From: the human T2T-CHM13v2.0 reference genome, Homo sapiens
Reading direction: 5' to 3' (one strand)
DNA length: 64,000 nucleotides
Assembly (NCBI RefSeq): GCF_009914755.1
Contig: NC_060937.1
Every line of letters begins with the position of its first letter. Position 1 is the first letter of the stretch. This document shows positions 24,910 to 42,585 of the stretch, piece after piece. The notes below the pieces were generated by a model that ran no database searches, was not told where the DNA came from, and worked only from the letters and a program-made list of their open reading frames with translations. The translations under genes were made by a program, and so were the position numbers.

Positions 24910-25712
24910 GGTCACTTTGGTTCTGTGACTTCTTTCTCTTTCTTGGATCACCTCTTACCAATTAGATTATTCCTTCTCTGCCTCTTTTATGTACTCTTAT
25001 TCCTCAGCTTATTTCTTAAACTCAGTGTTGTCCAGGAATCTCCTTACATACCACTTTCCATTTCACCCCACTTATTCTCCTGATTGAATTATCATGGTTA
25101 TGCCTATAATCTCAGCGCTTTGTGCATATTGGTGACTCCCAATACACATCTCCAGCTCCTACACTATCGTGGGCTCCTGCCTTGCACTCCTGTCTACTGG
25201 GCATATTCACATGGTGATCACACAGAAACCTCAAACTCCACATGTTCAAAACCAAACTCACTAGCTTCTCCAAGCTTGTTTGCTTTTGTGTTTGCGCCCT
25301 TGGTTAGTGGCATCTGCCCAGTCATCCAAGTTAGAAGCCTGGTGTCAACCTTGTCTCCTCTCTTTTGCCCCCTACTTCCAAGTCAATTACCAGGACAGTT
25401 GGTTTGGCTTCTTTTGTACCTCTCATATCCTTCCTTCCTGTCTGATTCCATTATTACTGTTCTCATACAGCACGTTTTCCTCTATGCTGGATAAGTGAAA
25501 CCACCTCCTAAAACCTTTTCACCTGAATGACCACCTCACCTTCTAGGTGGTTTTCGTGCCTCAAGTCTGTCACCCTCCCCTTCCATCCATCTTGCTCATT
25601 AACATCATTGTGGTCTTTCTAATGGGAAAGTCTAGATATGCATATTAATCTCCTATGGAAAACCTATTCCATTTCCCTACACTTGTGGAATTAAGTCTAA
25701 ACTTCTTAACAT
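24910..25712 (+). mobile_element. L2 LINE relic
   Basis: cacctcaaactc-type motif acctcaaactccacatgttcaaaaccaaactc. Confidence 0.7.
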
Positions 25713-25714
25713 GG

Positions 25715-26472
<758 letters not shown>

Positions 26473-28020
26473 CATGGCTTCATTGTCTTCATCTACCTGC
26501 TTATCTCATCTCTTGCCTTTCTCTCAAGTAAATCAGTCAAAGGAAAGCTTCTCCCTGCTTCCAGCCTCTGGATCCTCTCCTTTGCCTCTGGGCTTTTGCT
26601 CTGGAAAGGGTCCCTACCTTGCATGCAGACTCCTGCTCTCACCTTTTGAGATGACGTCAATCCCATCCTCCGCAGGCTTCTGTCATTCACACAGATTAAC
26701 CATTCTCTCCTTGTGAGCTCTTGGCAAGCACCGGCAGCATAATATGGATAATACTGGGTGATAATTATGTTTGTAGATTTGTTTCCCGCACTAGGCCAGG
26801 AGCTCTTTGAGGGCAGCAATAAGCAGATCTTTCCGTCTTTCATATTCGGGGTAGAACCCAGAAGTTAGTTGCTGACCATTTGATGAGTGATGGTCCTTTG
26901 ATCCCAAGTCACTGGATCATATTTCTGAGAGGGTGCCTTCTAGAATTGGTGAAATGTGATACTAAGTGTAGAGGAAGGTGCTGCCAAAATGTGAAGTGGA
27001 GCAGTTAGCAATCCTTGTTCTCGAAGGGGACTGGTGGGTCCCTGAGCAAGTGCTTGCTGCTCTTCTGGCACTCCTGCATTCCAGAGCGTGCTGTGTCAGA
27101 GGCTCAGGACTGACCATGCGGGGCATTATTCAGAGTGTGGATATAGTATTTATATTTTATGGACTGTCATTGAGAAAGTGGATTTTCCACTCAGACTGCA
27201 ATCTGGTATTTCTGGGCTGTAGGAGAGGAGAGTGAATGTCAGGTTGCTGGATGGTTCCTTTTAGTCTGCACAAGCACCAGTGTGTCAAGTTCAAGTTCAT
27301 GTGCAGATCACTTGAGCTCCACTGGAAATTGGGTGTAAGTGAAGGGGTGAGTCTTGACATCTTGCCTTGCCCAAACAGGTTTCTATCAGAATAATTGGTA
27401 ATGCCTTCCTGAGAATTCATTTTTCTCTTCTGTCTCCTCTCTGGTCAATTCTGCCTGCTGCTGTTATATTTCAATCATGTCACCCTCTGCCCCCAAATTG
27501 TGGAAAACTCCACATGTCACACAGGATAAAGTTCAAGCCTCCACATACTCTTCACGTCTCTCTTCTCTCTGGCCTCAGTCTGTTATTGGGCTTGCTGCTG
27601 GCTCCCCTCCCTTCTCTCCTATCCTTTGTGGAAGGCCTTCCACTTAAATGCAGCTGTTGAATTGCTGTTCATTCTTCAAGGTTGAATGAGATGGCACCTC
27701 TTCCCTGAAGCCTTTTTCGTTTCCCGATGGAAGCCATTGCTTCCACTTTAGGACTCAGAGAGTTTTGTTGATATAGTCCATCCTGCTCTACACTGGTTTC
27801 TTTTATGTGAATTTCTTCAAGTGTTACTGGAAATAGGAAGTAATTTCAGTACAACTGAGGAATTGTGATAGTTCCCTGTGACTTTTTTCAGTATGCTAAT
27901 GTTTTCCAGAAATCAAGAGCATGCCTTCTCATAATTAGAGAGCAATATATGAAGACATTAAGGAAACAGCCAAAGATCTATAGAAGTGCCTTCCTTTAGT
28001 GCAAGTAGTGGCTAGTTTGG

Positions 28021-28389
28021 TATATTAGTCTGTTCTAATGCTGCCAATAAAGACATACCCAATGCTGGGTAATTTATAAAGGAAAGAGGTTTAATTGACT
28101 CACAGTTCAGCATGGCTGAGGAGGCCTCAGGAAACTTACAATCATGGTGGAAGGGGAAGCAAACACGTCTTTCTTCACATGGTGGCAGGAGAGAGAAAAT
28201 CAGCGAAGGGGAAAGTCCCTTATAAAACCATTAAATCTTGTGAGGACTAACTCACTATCATGAGAACAGAATGGGGGAACTGCCCCCATGATTCAGTTAT
28301 CTCCATCTAGTCACTCCCAGGATGTATGGGGATTATGGGAACTACAACTCAGGATGAGATTTGGGTGGAGACACAGCCAAACCTCATCA
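28021..28389 (-). mobile_element. THE1D-like MaLR solo LTR
   Basis: 369 bp; perfect 5-bp TSD tttgg at 28016 and 28390. Confidence 0.9.
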
Positions 28390-28995
28390 TTTGGTGACCT
28401 CAGGCACCACTATTCTTTGTACCTTTAGGTGTTTAGTGAAGCTGTGTTGATGAAGAAGCTGCAAAGACATTTACCCATGTGTTAAGACAATGGGTTGTTA
28501 AAGAAAGCCACATTCCAGATCTGATGTTTAATTATAAAAAACAGATTTCTGTAAGAAACAAATGGCATCCAGAATCTACATCTTGAAGGAGATCATGGTA
28601 TCCCTGGGTTGAACACTGCACAGGATTAATTGGCTAATTCTGGGTGCAAATGCTGGGAGGGTCTTAACTATGCTCCTAATTTTGTTAGAATTTTTACTCT
28701 TTTTGTAAGTGGTTTAGATGCAAAGTTATATACTTCTTGAATGGTTTTCACCTAACCCTTTTCCCCCAAGGTCTGTTATTTCTAGTGTGTACTTGTGTAG
28801 AACCCCAGGTTTTTCAGAAGCACACATATGGTGTAATAGAGGAGACTGCTGTAATGTACATCTGGCACATACATCTTTTTGTTGCTTGTCTACTGATGTC
28901 TCACTTTTTCAATCGTAAAGGCAGAAACCAGGCCTTATTTTTTAAAATATATTTTCCACATTGGTGAAGGGGATATTTTCATAGCTTTTGACAGT

Positions 28996-29421
28996 TGTAA
29001 TGGTTAATACTGAGTGTCAACTTGATTGAATTGAAGGATACAAAGTATTGATCCTGGGTGTGTCTGGGTGGGTGTTGCCAAAAGAGATTAACATTTGAGT
29101 CAGTGGACTGGGAAGGCAGATACACCCTTATTCTGGTGGGCATAATCTAATCAGCCACCAGCGAATAGAAAGCATGAAGAAAAATGTGAAAAGGTGAGAC
29201 TGGCCTACCCTCCCAGCCTACATCTTTCTCCCATGCTGGATGCTTCCTGCCCTCGAACATCAGACTCCAAGTTCTTCAGTTTTGATACTTGGACTGGCTC
29301 TCCTTCTCCTCAGCTTGCAGACAGCCTACTGTGGGACCTTGTGATCATGTAAGTTAATAATAAACTCCCCTATATATATATATATCTTATTAGTTCTGTC
29401 CCTGTAGAGAACCCTAATACA
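28996..29421 (+). mobile_element. MLT2A1-like HERV-L solo LTR
   Basis: tgtaatggttaatactgagtgtcaacttgattg...agagaaccctaataca; 426 bp; TSD acagt/acagg. Confidence 0.9.
29143..29153 (+). promoter_or_regulatory. DUX4 consensus site in the MLT2A1-like LTR
   Basis: TAATCTAATCA, exact match to TAAYYBAATCA. Confidence 0.7.
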
Positions 29422-29569
29422 ACAGGTGTCTAGGTGAAGACACATCGTGTTCTATTTGAAACTGATTGAGCTGATTCCTTGTCCAACTTGTTGTCCTCAA
29501 CCCAGCAGCCATATTTTCAATGTAAGAATAAATGTTCAGGCAAGGGGATTCTTCCTGATAATTTTGCAT

Positions 29570-29750
29570 AGGGGTTGTCTCAACCTTGAAGATGTATTAG
29601 GATCTCCTAGAGGGCTTTTAAAATGTTATTAGTATCGGGGCCACACCCCTAGATATTCTGATTTAATTTGTCTGGAGTAAGACCCATGATTGAGGGCTTT
29701 TAGAAAACTCCTTATATTAGTCTAACATGCAGTAGGATTGAAAACCACTG
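29570..29750. mobile_element. MER5B-like MITE
   Basis: gggccacacccctagatattctgatttaatt...ttgaaaaccactg. Confidence 0.7.
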
Positions 29751-29783
29751 GTGTAGAACATATGTGCTATAGAAAGAATAATA

Positions 29784-30094
29784 GGCCAGGCATGGTTGCT
29801 CATGTCTGCAATCCCAACACTTTGGGAGGCAGAGGTAGACGAAGCGCTTGAGGCCAGAAGATGGAGACAAGCCTGTGCAACATAGGGAGACCACCATCTC
29901 TAAAAAAAAAACACAAAACAAAAAAACAAACACTCCAGCATGGTGGTTAATGCCTCTACTCCCAGCTACTTGGGAGGCTGAGGCAGGAGAATCCCTCGAG
30001 GAGCTCAGGAGTTTGAGGTTGCAGTATGCCATGATCATGCCACTGTACTCTAGGCTAGGTGACAGAGTGAGACCTTGTCTCTGGAAAAAAAAAA
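29784..30094 (+). mobile_element. Alu (AluJ-like)
   Basis: Dimer, TSD agaataata. Confidence 0.9.
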
Positions 30095-30759
30095 GATAGA
30101 ATAATAAATTAATTCAGCCCTGACCAAGATGGTTTGGCTTTGGGATGCAAGCAGGGGTCCTATCACCACAAGGGGGTGATGGTTCTTTTGCTGCAGAGAT
30201 CACAATTGAAGGCCCTCGTACCCTTCTCAAAGACTTTCAGCCTCTGGCTCTGCTGGACTTATGGTCGCAGCTTCACTAAGGCTAACAATCCAGCTGCCAT
30301 CACTTTATTGACTCTTCTAGAATTCTCTCTCACTTGCCTTTGTACTTTCATACTCCTCCTCTGGGATTCCAGTTTTATTTCATTCATCTTTCTCCGTGTA
30401 CTTTTAGGGTTCCCATCTGAATTCGCTTCCTGCTCACCATCTCTCAACTCTGGATCTTTTACATTCCAGCCATTACCCTCACTTTAACAGTTTAACTATC
30501 AGCCAAAAATGCTTTGGGAGTTCCCCATGGAAGCTCTCTGATATTTCTATTTGTCCCACAGGAAGCTGTTGCTGCTTTAAAATAACTTATTTATTTCTGA
30601 CCCTTTAGAGTAAACTGTTTCTCTTTAAAAATAAGTTCTAATTACATAAGGGAAAATTCATGAAGACCTGAGCATGAAGAATAAAGATAGATCTTCACAT
30701 TCCTCTAAAAGGAAGTATAAATACCACTATTTCATCAGGGCCCTACCAAGAAATTTGAT

Positions 30760-30945
30760 ATAGTGGTAAATCCAAGGCTTTGGCTATCAGAAAGATCTAG
30801 AGTTAAATTATGAGTCTACCATTTATTAGTTGTGTGATCTGGGGCAAGTTATTTGTGATTTATGAGAATCAATTTTCTCATCTGTAAAGTAAGTATGATA
30901 ATATCTATTTCATCGGGCTGTAAATATTTAAAAATTAAATACGTG
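30760..30945 (+). mobile_element. MIR SINE
   Basis: tgtgtgatctggggcaagttattt...ttttctcatctgtaaa core. Confidence 0.75.
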
Positions 30946-30986
30946 CAAAACAGGAGATTTGATTTTCTAGTCACACAGAATAATTT

Positions 30987-35345
<4,359 letters not shown>

Positions 35346-35352
35346 ATGTAGA

Positions 35353-35657
35353 GGCTGGGCGTGGTGGCTCATGCCTGTAATCCCAGCATTTTGGGAGACC
35401 GAGGAGGGTGGATCACGAGGTCAGGAGTTCGAGACCAGCCTGGCCAACATGGTGAAACCCCATCTCTACTAAAATACAAAAATTAGCTGGGTGTGACGGT
35501 GGGTGCCTGTAATCTCAGCTACTCAGGAGGCTTACACAGGAGTATCACTTGAACCCGGGAGGCAGAGGTTGCATTGAGCCGATTGAGCCATTGCACTCTG
35601 GCCTGGGTGACAGAGCGAGACTGTCTCTTGAAAAAAAAAAAGGAAAAAAAAAAAGAA
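35353..35657 (+). mobile_element. Alu (AluSg-like)
   Basis: ggatcacgaggtcaggagttcgag. Confidence 0.95.
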
Positions 35658-37134
35658 ATTCTAAAGACATGCATGTTTCCTGTGAGAATAGTGAATTCCC
35701 ACATCTCCCTGAATCTTCTGGGCCTGCAGAAGTAGCCCACTGAAGCCTGATAAAGGCTAGCACCTTCCTTGCTTAAACATAATGAAGAGACCTCTGCCTT
35801 GCAATACAATGTATACTTCTCTCAGGATCTATTTCCACCTCCTCTCCAGGCTGTCAGATGAATAATGGGTTCAAGCGTCAAGCCAATCTGGCTGCATAAG
35901 GATTGGTTCTGTTTAGGGAGGAAAGGCACTCACTGAAAGAGCCACGGGTCCTCCACATTTACTGGCAGGAGCTGAGAAAGTCTATGTGGCACTAGATTCT
36001 GAGGAATGGTTCGAGGGTGGCAGAACACACACTTCGGAAGGGAAAGTTTATTGATATGTTAGCATTCTCTAGGGATAAGGACTTAGCACCCTGACATGGT
36101 GCTAGTATGGCTTGTGGTGGAAGCTTGGAAAAAGTGATGGTCCAAACAAAATGAAGTAGAAATGTCAGAATTGCTGTGGCAGACAGTGAACTTCTTCCAC
36201 TGTCTAAGACCAAAAGGTGTAGAGAAGTGGGCAGGATAGAGTTAACATGCTACACAAAGGTGAAAAACCCACCAGCCAATCCCAGGGGACACCATGTTTA
36301 CCAAAGAGACAGGTAATGCAAGGGTGAGGGACACCACCCAGGCTGCTGGTAGGCAATTCTGTTAAATAACTGGGCTCCTTGATAGTAATGCGGATAAGAC
36401 CCTGAATAACAGAGGCCAGATGGCACAACGTTTTTAATGAGCATCAAAGTTGAAAGCCGCCTCATGGGCATGTGATGCTGAGCTATAGAGATGAGTAATG
36501 GGACATGGTGTCCTATGGGCAAGAGAGATGGGCTGCCAACAAGGGTATTGTTCAACTGAAGCAAGTAAAAGAAATCAAGGATAGATTACCATGAGGCTGA
36601 AGGCAGCTGCCCCAATAAAACAGCGTAATCCCTTGCCCTATTTCCTCATTTGAACCAGTTTTCAGGCCTAGAGCCCATTGACTGAAGGAGAGGCTGGGTC
36701 CCCAGGAGGAACAACCCTGCCACACCACAGCAAGTATATATGATAAGTCTCCCACTCCTTCCTCCAGGGACCTATGGCCATTTACTTGGGTAATTGTACA
36801 CCATGGAAAGGGATAACCAGCTGTTTCAAGGACTGTTGGACACAGGTTTTGAGTCATTGGTACCTGCAACTGAAGCATCATCGTGGCCACCCTATGAGAG
36901 TGGGGACCTATGGAGGCTGGCTAGTGAATGGAGACCTGGCTCAGATTTGTTTCATGGCTCTCTTATCGAACCCAAGCTCCCTCCTGGTGGTCACTTCTCT
37001 GGTTCCTGGACACATATTTGAATGTGTGTCCACATTCAAATATGGTAGTATGGTAGTATGTAAACTACCACATACTTGGTAGTTTCAATAATTCCCACAT
37101 TAGAGCCCAAAACTATGCTATAAAAGCTAATATA

Positions 37135-37421
<287 letters not shown>

Positions 37422-37552
37422 AAAAGCTAATATAGTGGGGAAGACCCAGTGGAAACCGCTGAATCTTCACTCTGTCCCCAAAGATAGTAAAACAAAAATC
37501 ATATTGTATCTGGGGTTGAATGGTAGAGATAGTGCCACTCTTAAAGATCTAA

Positions 37553-37850
37553 GGTCAGGGCATCGTGGCTCACACCTGTAATCCCAGCACATTGGGAGAC
37601 CGAGATGAGAGGATCACTTGAGGCCAGGAGTTTGAATCCAGCCTAGGCAACATAGTGAACTACAAAAAAAGTTAAAAAATTAGCTGGGCATGGTGACAGG
37701 TTACCTGTAGTACCAGCTACTCAGGAGACTAAGGCAAGAGGATCACTTGAGCCCAGGAGTTCAAGGCTGCAGCAAGCTATGATCACATCACTGTACTCCA
37801 GCCTGGGCAGCAGAGTGAGACCCTGTCTCTAAAACAAATACATAAAGAAA
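37553..37850 (+). mobile_element. Alu (AluJ-like)
   Basis: Dimer, TSD aaa(g/a)atctaa. Confidence 0.9.
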
Positions 37851-38968
37851 TTAGTTAAAAAAATCTAAAGGATGTGCAAGTGATTACCCCCTCATGTGTA
37901 CATGTTGCTCACTTGACTGTCTCCTACACTGGATCCCAGGAGTGGGCTCCCACCAATTCAACTAGGTTAAAGCCCTAATTACAGCTACTGGGCTAGATGT
38001 AGTATCATTACTATGGTAGATGAACATGGCCTCTGGCTCATGGAATATGGCCATTCATCTAGCAAATGTGTTGTCTTCTCTCCATTTCAGGAAAGAATAC
38101 CAGAAGCAGTTTGCATTAATGTGTGACAAACAACAGTATGGATTTATAGTCTTTCTCTAGGTTTTATGCTAACTCATGCCCTCTGTCATAATATAGTCCC
38201 ATGGGACCCAGACTATCTGGACATTCTAGAAAACATTATATTGGTCTAGTATGCTGAGGAATTACGTTAATTGAACTGATGAGCAAGAAGTGGCAAGTAT
38301 GTAGGAGGCCTTGATAAGACACATGCACTCCAGAGGGTAAAAGATAAACCCAATAAGGTTTCAGAGGCCACCTGGGCAATGAAATGTTAGAGGTCCAGTG
38401 GTCTGAGGCATGCCGGGATATTCCTCCAAAATAAAGAATGGATTATTTCTTCTTGTACCTTCCACTAGTAGAAAGGAAGCACAATGCCTGATTGGCCTTT
38501 TGGGTGTGTGGAGAAAGCATAGTCCACACTTGGGCATAATGCTCAGACCCATTGATTGGAGGATGTGGAAAGCTTCCAGCTTTGAGTGGGGTCCGGAGGA
38601 GAAAGGGCTCTGGGGCCTGGACTTGGCAGACTTTGCCCAATTTTGATAGTAAATGGATAAGGACAGTGGCAAGAGGCCAAGTCCTGAGAAGCCATGGTGA
38701 CTAGGACTCAGACCCCTTAGGAAGGAAGTTCTGGTTCACTCCACCAGGCAAGTCACTAGAACAGCAGACACACTAGTCTAGGGTGAGGGAAATGTAGAAT
38801 GGGTGGTAGAGGAAGGAAATCATGAATATCACTTGGGGTCTGTGACAACCTGCAGCAGCTGGGACTGTAGTTTGTCCTGTTAACATTCAGAATCCTAAAG
38901 GAGCTATTCCCAGAGGGGGTAAACTTACTATACAAGTCAAGTGAATACAAGCAGTACAAGGGCTGCAC

Positions 38969-39358
38969 TATAGTGGAGTCTGTGCTGGTCACCCAGATGC
39001 CCCCTCTGGGACGGAAGAGCTTATTTTCCTAGCTGCTAGGGTTGCTGGCTGCTGCTGGCTGCTGGCTGACGCCTGCCCTGGGTGAAGCCCACAGTTAATG
39101 ACGGGTCAAGGTGATGTTTCGAAGGCCAGACAATGTGGCCTCAATTGGTGACATCTATGAAAGGCCCTCCGCGTTTCAGAGCTCCCTGTGGTGTCTGCTG
39201 GGGCCTCTCTTGCAATTGTTTTATGGTTCAACTTCTTTCCCTGCCCAGGTCTGCTATCTAATTCCCTGATAGGTGTTGTTTCCAAGATCATGCCCAAATA
39301 TGCTTCCTATACATGAGGGTTTTTCTCAGCTATTTTCCCCCAGAGCAGACCCACAACA
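38969..39358 (+). mobile_element. LTR16-family ERVL LTR (3' LTR of the preceding internal region)
   Basis: Follows a PPT-like tract; cccagatgccccct...cagagctccctgtgg...caacttctttccctgccca. Confidence 0.7.
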
Positions 39359-39379
39359 CTAGGAAATCTAGTATGTCAT

Positions 39380-42102
39380 AGCCCCATCCACCTCCCCCTG
39401 GCCATCAGATCTGAAGCATTTGAAAGTCTGCTGATAGACAGAGTCCAAGCCCATGTCACAACTCGTCCAGAGTCTACTGACCCACCTGTGGTCATTTCCC
39501 TGGTCCTTGGGCGTATAATGTAAATGGATATATTAGTAGACAGAAGCCTCAGATTGGTTATTTTACTTGTGGTTCTCTGACTCATAGGGAAGGCCAAGTG
39601 GAGGCCTCTGAGATGACCCCCACCCATTCCCACATCTCCAGCCAAGATAATAAGTCAAAAACAAAGTCTCATTTTGGTGGGATGGCAAAAATTAGTATCC
39701 ACTGCTGCCCCAACCCCTGCCCCAGAGATTTGCAGGGATGGTTGTCTTGACCCTATCCCCATGCAAGTCATCTGCCTGACAACGGCTGCTGTGAATTTAA
39801 TCGAGTGGTAGCTCCAAATTATAGTTGTGTATATATTGTATCTTTACTTGAACAAATTAGCCCAGCCTCTGTCACTTAATATGTAGCTATCAATCTGGCA
39901 AATGCGTGCTTTTCAATTTCTATCAAGAGGAAGGATCTGAAGCAGTTTAAATTTACTTGTAATGGACAGCAGGATACATTCCTTGCCATGTCTCAGACCC
40001 ATGCTTTTGCTATTGTCTGAATATTTGTATCCAATATTTCAAGACTATGCTTTTGCTATTGTCTGAATATTTGTATCCAATACAAATCCATATATTGAAA
40101 TCCTAACCCCCAAGGTGATGATATAAGGAGGTGGGGCCTTTGGGAGGTGATTATGTCATGAGGGCAGAGTCCTCATGATTGAAATGAGTACCCTTATGAA
40201 GGAGACCACAAAGAGCTAGCTAGCCCCTTCCACCAGGTGAGGATGCAATGAGAATGTGCTGTCTATGAGGAATGAACCCTAACCAGACACCAAATCTGCT
40301 GGTGTTTCGATCTTGGACATGTTAATTTAGATCTGGAGGAGCAGGCGGCAAATACTTTGGATGCCCTGTTAGGACACCCATACATCAGAAAATAGGAAAT
40401 AAATCTAAAAAATCCAGGGGCCTCTCAGATTAGTGAAATTTTAGCAATCCAGTTGCCTGGGGCAAACTGATGCTCTATGATGTAGCTATGGTGTACCAGA
40501 ATGTTTTATGGTGTCTTTGACAAACATCACTGGGAGGCTTGCAGGGCAGAATCCTAGAGTTCTAGAGCAAGACCTTGCCATCTGTACCACAGAACTATTC
40601 AGCACTTGAGAAGCAGTTCTTGGCATGCTACTGGGCCTTGGTATAGACTGAACAACTGACCTTGTGACAGCAAGTGGCTGGAGTCTTCCCTCATATCTTG
40701 GGTATTTTCAGACTTACCAAATCAGACAGGTGCAGCAGCAACCCATCATACCATGGAATTATTACATTTGGGACCTGGGCATCTCTGAAAAACACAAGTT
40801 ATAAGAATAAATCGTCCATATCTATGTACACCTATCTCTTTTGCACCAGTGTCTGCACTATGGTCTTATTGGTGCTTCCCTAGGACCAGCTGATGAAGGA
40901 GGAAAAGTGTTGGACCTTGTTCATGGGTGGGTCAGCTCAATGAGTTGGTACAATTGGTATGTTGCTACATTACAGCTCTGCTCAGTGATCGCTCTGAAAG
41001 ACAGTGGTAGGGGAAATTCTCCCAGTGGGCAGAGCTTAGAATAACATGCCTGGCAATCAATTTTATGTGGAGGGAGAAGTCTGAGGTAAAGAAACACTCA
41101 GATTAATAAGCAGCATTGAATGACTTAGCTGTTCAGCCAGAGGCTTAGGATAGGCAAGATTGGAAGCTCAGAAACAAGATGTCTAAATAAGAGATGTGTG
41201 ATACATCTAGGGGAGTGTGAGGACCTTTGTGTTCTCATCAATGCCAATGAGAAGCATCGTCTGCACAGGAGGCACAGAACAACCAAGGGAGTACGACGAT
41301 GCATTCAGCGGAAATCAGTGTGGACCCTTTCCTTGGTCACCCTAGTTATTGCATAATGAGGCTGTGGGCATGTTAGTAATGGAGGTGGAGACAGAGGCTA
41401 TGCATGGGCCCAAGAACATGGGATTAATTGCAAGGCTGATCTAGCTTCTATCATTGCTGACCGTCCGAACTGTCAGCAGCCAAGACTGGCTGCTGATGGT
41501 TCTGACGGTCAACAATGATAGTAGCTAGATTCCTTGATATGGAATCACCTGCTAGGAGACCAACCAGCTATCTGGTTGCAGGTTGATTACATTAGGACTC
41601 TTCCATCCTGGAAGGCATGCTGAGTCATTCTACTGGGATGATTTCAAACTCTAGGTATGGGTTTCCTTTCCTGCCTTTAGTGTTTCAGCTAGAATGACTC
41701 TACAAAGGTTCTCAGTCTTTTTGATTTGTCATCATGGGATCCCACACCATACCACCTCAGACTAAATGACCCACTTTACAGTGAAGGAATGTGACAATGG
41801 ACACATGACCTTGCCCTCCACTCGTGCTACTGTATTCCACATCATTCAGAAGTGGCTGGCCTGATAGAATGTTGGGATGGCTTCTTAAAGGTGCAGATTA
41901 CTTGTCAACTTAGAGATGATACCCAGAAAGGATGGGACACCATTCTTCAAGATGGAGTAAATACTTTAAACCAATGACTAGTATACATTTTTCTCATAGG
42001 TAGAATACACAGGTCTGGGAACCCGATGGTTGAAGTAGGACCCTGTGACCTTGCCTTAAAAAAAAGCGGCACAAGTGGATCTGAGTGGTACAGGGGCTGG
42101 AC
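39380..42102 (+). mobile_element. Second decayed ERVL internal region: RT, RNase H and integrase remnants
   Basis: gctatcaatctggcaaatgc (RT AIDLAN-like), EKQFLACYWAL, integrase QVDYI and AGLIE motifs. Confidence 0.8.
40054..40320 (+). mobile_element. MLT1A-like LTR fragment nested in the ERVL
   Basis: atattgaaatcctaacccccaaggtgat...ggaggtggggcctttgggaggtgatt. Confidence 0.8.
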
Positions 42103-42585
42103 TGTGACAGCCTCTCTTAGTGCCCTGCTCACCTATCTGGAATCCTAGCATTTCATTGCATTCTGGATGACTTTCAACTCCCAGTGTCTACTTCTCTGCG
42201 CTAGAGAACTTTTCCTACAAGTGCAGAAAGCTGCTCTGCCTGCTTGCCCAGCAAGCTGGAAATACTGGGGAATTAACAGCTCTCTGGGATCAGCCCTCAG
42301 CCCAAAGGCAGACAGAAGTGAATGTATAAATACCCCAGGTCCTTCATCAGTCAAGTAGGATAGCTTTGAGGCATGTAATTTGCAGTTTCTTAGAGTTTTC
42401 CTGTGGGATTACTCGGTAGCTGCCCATTGTTTCAGCTGGTTTAATATGCACACTTTATTTGCCACTTTTTCCTGTCTGTATCACTTTTCTACTTCTCTGC
42501 AATTTTTGCTTGTGACTTCCAAATAAACTACTTGTGCTCAAATCCTTGTCTCAGAGTCTGTGTCTGGGAGAATCCAGATGAGATA
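42103..42585 (+). mobile_element. LTR33-like ERVL LTR
   Basis: PPT-like ggggctggac then TG; TATAAATA at 42325; AATAAA at 42522; ...aaatccttgtctcagagtctg. Confidence 0.75.

Noticed and set aside
24377-25572. The ~100-bp direct repeats as LTRs of a novel mini-retroelement
   Set aside because: No TG...CA ends, PBS, PPT or TSD; the interior is ordinary MLT1/L2 relic
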